64,000 bases of DNA from an uncultured Bacteroidota bacterium (GTDB lineage Bacteria; Bacteroidota; Bacteroidia; Flavobacteriales; UBA7312): the NCBI GenBank assembly GCA_902580855.1, contig CACHMF010000002.1:5444-69443 (forward strand), read 5' to 3'. Shown here piece after piece: positions 62,825-64,000 of this stretch. Under the pieces are notes generated by a model, which saw only the letters and a list, made by a program, of their open reading frames with translations, did no database searches and was not told where the DNA came from. Both the position numbers and the translations under genes were made by a program. Position 1 is the first letter of the stretch. Every line of letters starts with the position of its first letter.

Positions 62825-62898
62825 AGCCGCTAGAGGGACTCGAACCCACGACCTGCTGATTACAAATCAGCTGCTCTAGCCAGCTGAGCTATAGCGGC
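62825..62898 (-). tRNA. tRNA-Thr (anticodon TGT)
   Basis: Manual fold: GCCGCTA-TA-GCTC..AGAGC-A-GCTGA-TTTGTAA-TCAGC-AGGTC-GTGGG-TTCGAGT-CCCTC-TAGCGGC-T. Confidence 0.9.
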
Positions 62899-62911
62899 AG
62901 TTTCAATAAAT

Positions 62912-62941
62912 AAAAAACAGCCCCTCTTGAAAAAGGGACTG
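62912..62941 (-). terminator. Rho-independent terminator downstream of hpf
   Basis: The minus strand reads CAGTCCCT-ttttcaag-AGGGGCTG followed by T6. The single non-Watson-Crick pair is U-G on the minus strand and C-A on the plus strand. Confidence 0.7.
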
Positions 62942-62972
62942 CAAATGTATTAAAGTTTTCGTTTTACACAAA
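62942..62972 (-). promoter_or_regulatory. Promoter of the tRNA(Thr-Tyr-Gly-Thr)-tuf transcription unit
   Basis: The minus strand reads TTTG-N19-TACATTTG, a perfect Bacteroidota -33/-7 consensus. It is followed by CAGTCCC, comparable to CAGCCGC at rrn P2. Confidence 0.6.
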
Positions 62973-63021
62973 AACTAAATAAGTATTTTTTGGATTTCTG
63001 TTTTGCTAGATTAAAAAACAG

Positions 63022-63321
63022 TTATTTATCACGAATTTTTTCTTTGTGTTTTTGTATTTGTCTACGTAAAGCATCAACCGCTAAGTCTGTAGCTTCTTCA
63101 AACGAAGCACATTGCTTCTTTGCAAATAACTCTGTACCAGGAATATTGATCTTAATCTCCGTTACCTTATTGGAATGATCATCCGCCTTATCTATACGAA
63201 GAAAAACCTCCCCACTCATCAACTTATCATTAAATGTAGTTAATTTATCTACTTTTTTAGAAATAAACTCTAGTAATTTACGATCAGCATCGAAATGAAT
63301 TGAATGAACTCTTAATTCCAT
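63022..63321 (-). CDS. hpf: Ribosome hibernation factor, short HPF/RaiA (YfiA) family
   Basis: 99 aa. The MELRVHSIHFDADRKLLEFISKKVDKL start and overall pattern are typical of the sigma-54 modulation protein/S30EA family. Confidence 0.88.
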   Translation of the reverse strand: MELRVHSIHFDADRKLLEFISKKVDKLTTFNDKLMSGEVFLRIDKADDHSNKVTEIKINIPGTELFAKKQCASFEEATDLAVDALRRQIQKHKEKIRDK

Positions 63322-63331
63322 AATGTTTTTT

Positions 63332-64000
63332 TTACGCTCTGGGATGAGCTTGGTTATACACTTTTTTCAATTTGTCAATTGTATTGTGCGTATACACTTG
63401 TGTAGCTGATAAATTAGCATGCCCCAACAATTCTTTTATTGCATTTAAATCAGCACCATTATTTAGCATATGAGTAGCAAATGTATGCCTTAATACATGT
63501 GGACTTTTTTTATCCAAACTTGTAACTTGACTTAAATAATGATTAACCTGCCTATACACAAGAGTTGGGTATAGCTTTTTACCTTTATTAGTTAGCAACA
63601 GATATGTAGAATCTTTTATGGGCAATTCGGCTCTTAGATTTAAATACGCATCAATCTTTTGACGTAACTCTTTAGTTAACGGAATTAAACGCTCTTTGTT
63701 TCGTTTTCCAAGTACTTTTATAACATTACTAGATAGATCAAAATCTTTAATTTTTAAATTTATCAATTCGGCTTGTCGTATCCCTGTAGAATAAAACAAT
63801 TCTATTATTAACTTATCACGAACTCCAGCATAATCACCTTTAAAATCAAGCTCATCTAACAAGTGCCTCATCTGACCTTCCTCGACAAAAGCAGGGAGAT
63901 TTTTACTCATTTTGGGTGGCACTATCTTGATAGTAGGATCTTCAAAGATTATCTCCTCTTTTAAAAGAAATTTATAAAATGATTTTAAAGCCGTGATTTT
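63332..64000 (-). CDS. Tyrosine site-specific recombinase, XerC/XerD-like (5' end beyond the window)
   Basis: Catalytic C-terminal domain with R (TGIRQAEL), HVLRHTFATH, LLGHANLSATQVYTH (His/Tyr). The frame stays open upstream of the track start (..ITALKSFYKFLLKEEIIFEDPTIKIVPPK..) to position 64000. Confidence 0.85.
   Translation of the reverse strand, partial: KITALKSFYKFLLKEEIIFEDPTIKIVPPKMSKNLPAFVEEGQMRHLLDELDFKGDYAGVRDKLIIELFYSTGIRQAELINLKIKDFDLSSNVIKVLGKRNKERLIPLTKELRQKIDAYLNLRAELPIKDSTYLLLTNKGKKLYPTLVYRQVNHYLSQVTSLDKKSPHVLRHTFATHMLNNGADLNAIKELLGHANLSATQVYTHNTIDKLKKVYNQAHPRA

Noticed and set aside
63332-64000. Tyrosine recombinase as a marker of an integrated mobile element next to a tRNA cluster
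   Set aside because: No direct repeats of tRNA 3' ends, cargo genes or composition shift are visible. The recombinase-hpf-tRNA-tuf order is, to my knowledge, a conserved chromosomal arrangement in Bacteroidota, so a Xer-type housekeeping recombinase is more likely. The upstream flank is outside the window and cannot be checked.

Overview
AT-rich Bacteroidota (Flavobacteriia-like) chromosomal core region. Supporting evidence: T9SS C-terminal sorting domains, TTTG-N19-TAnnTTTG promoter boxes, and the tRNA-tuf-tRNA(Trp)-secE-nusG-rplKAJL-rpoBC gene order. The window opens inside the 5' end of a minus-strand 16S rRNA gene (1-540), whose leader and tandem promoter region lie at 540-935. Dense housekeeping genes follow: purL, purE, hpt-adk-obg, aroB-aroA, rpsT, ilvE, icmF, a HemY-type oxidase, valS and an aminotransferase. 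Interspersed are secreted T9SS cargo proteins and several small or uncharacterised genes. The last 15 kb is the conserved translation/transcription cluster on the minus strand: XerC/D-like recombinase, hpf, tRNA-Thr/Tyr/Gly/Thr, tuf, tRNA-Trp, secE, nusG, rplK, rplA, rplJ, rplL, rpoB, rpoC and DUF3467. I found no CRISPR array, IS/transposon, prophage or recognisable defence island, and no convincing new multi-gene system. The most unusual items are: (i) a 71-bp, 68/71-identical inverted repeat encoding the same Cys-rich linker, in the same codon phase, in two convergent T9SS cargo genes; (ii) a long-form aromatic-amino-acid hydroxylase translationally coupled to an SDR; (iii) a coupled CE4-like/FemAB-like/membrane/HAD cluster of unknown function; (iv) tandem rRNA promoter modules with a conserved GC-rich post-box motif; (v) a tRNA/tuf promoter abutting the hpf terminator hairpin. 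Many ORF-track starts are upstream extensions, and I moved them to the first plausible ATG. All family assignments come from motif reading by eye, not from searches.
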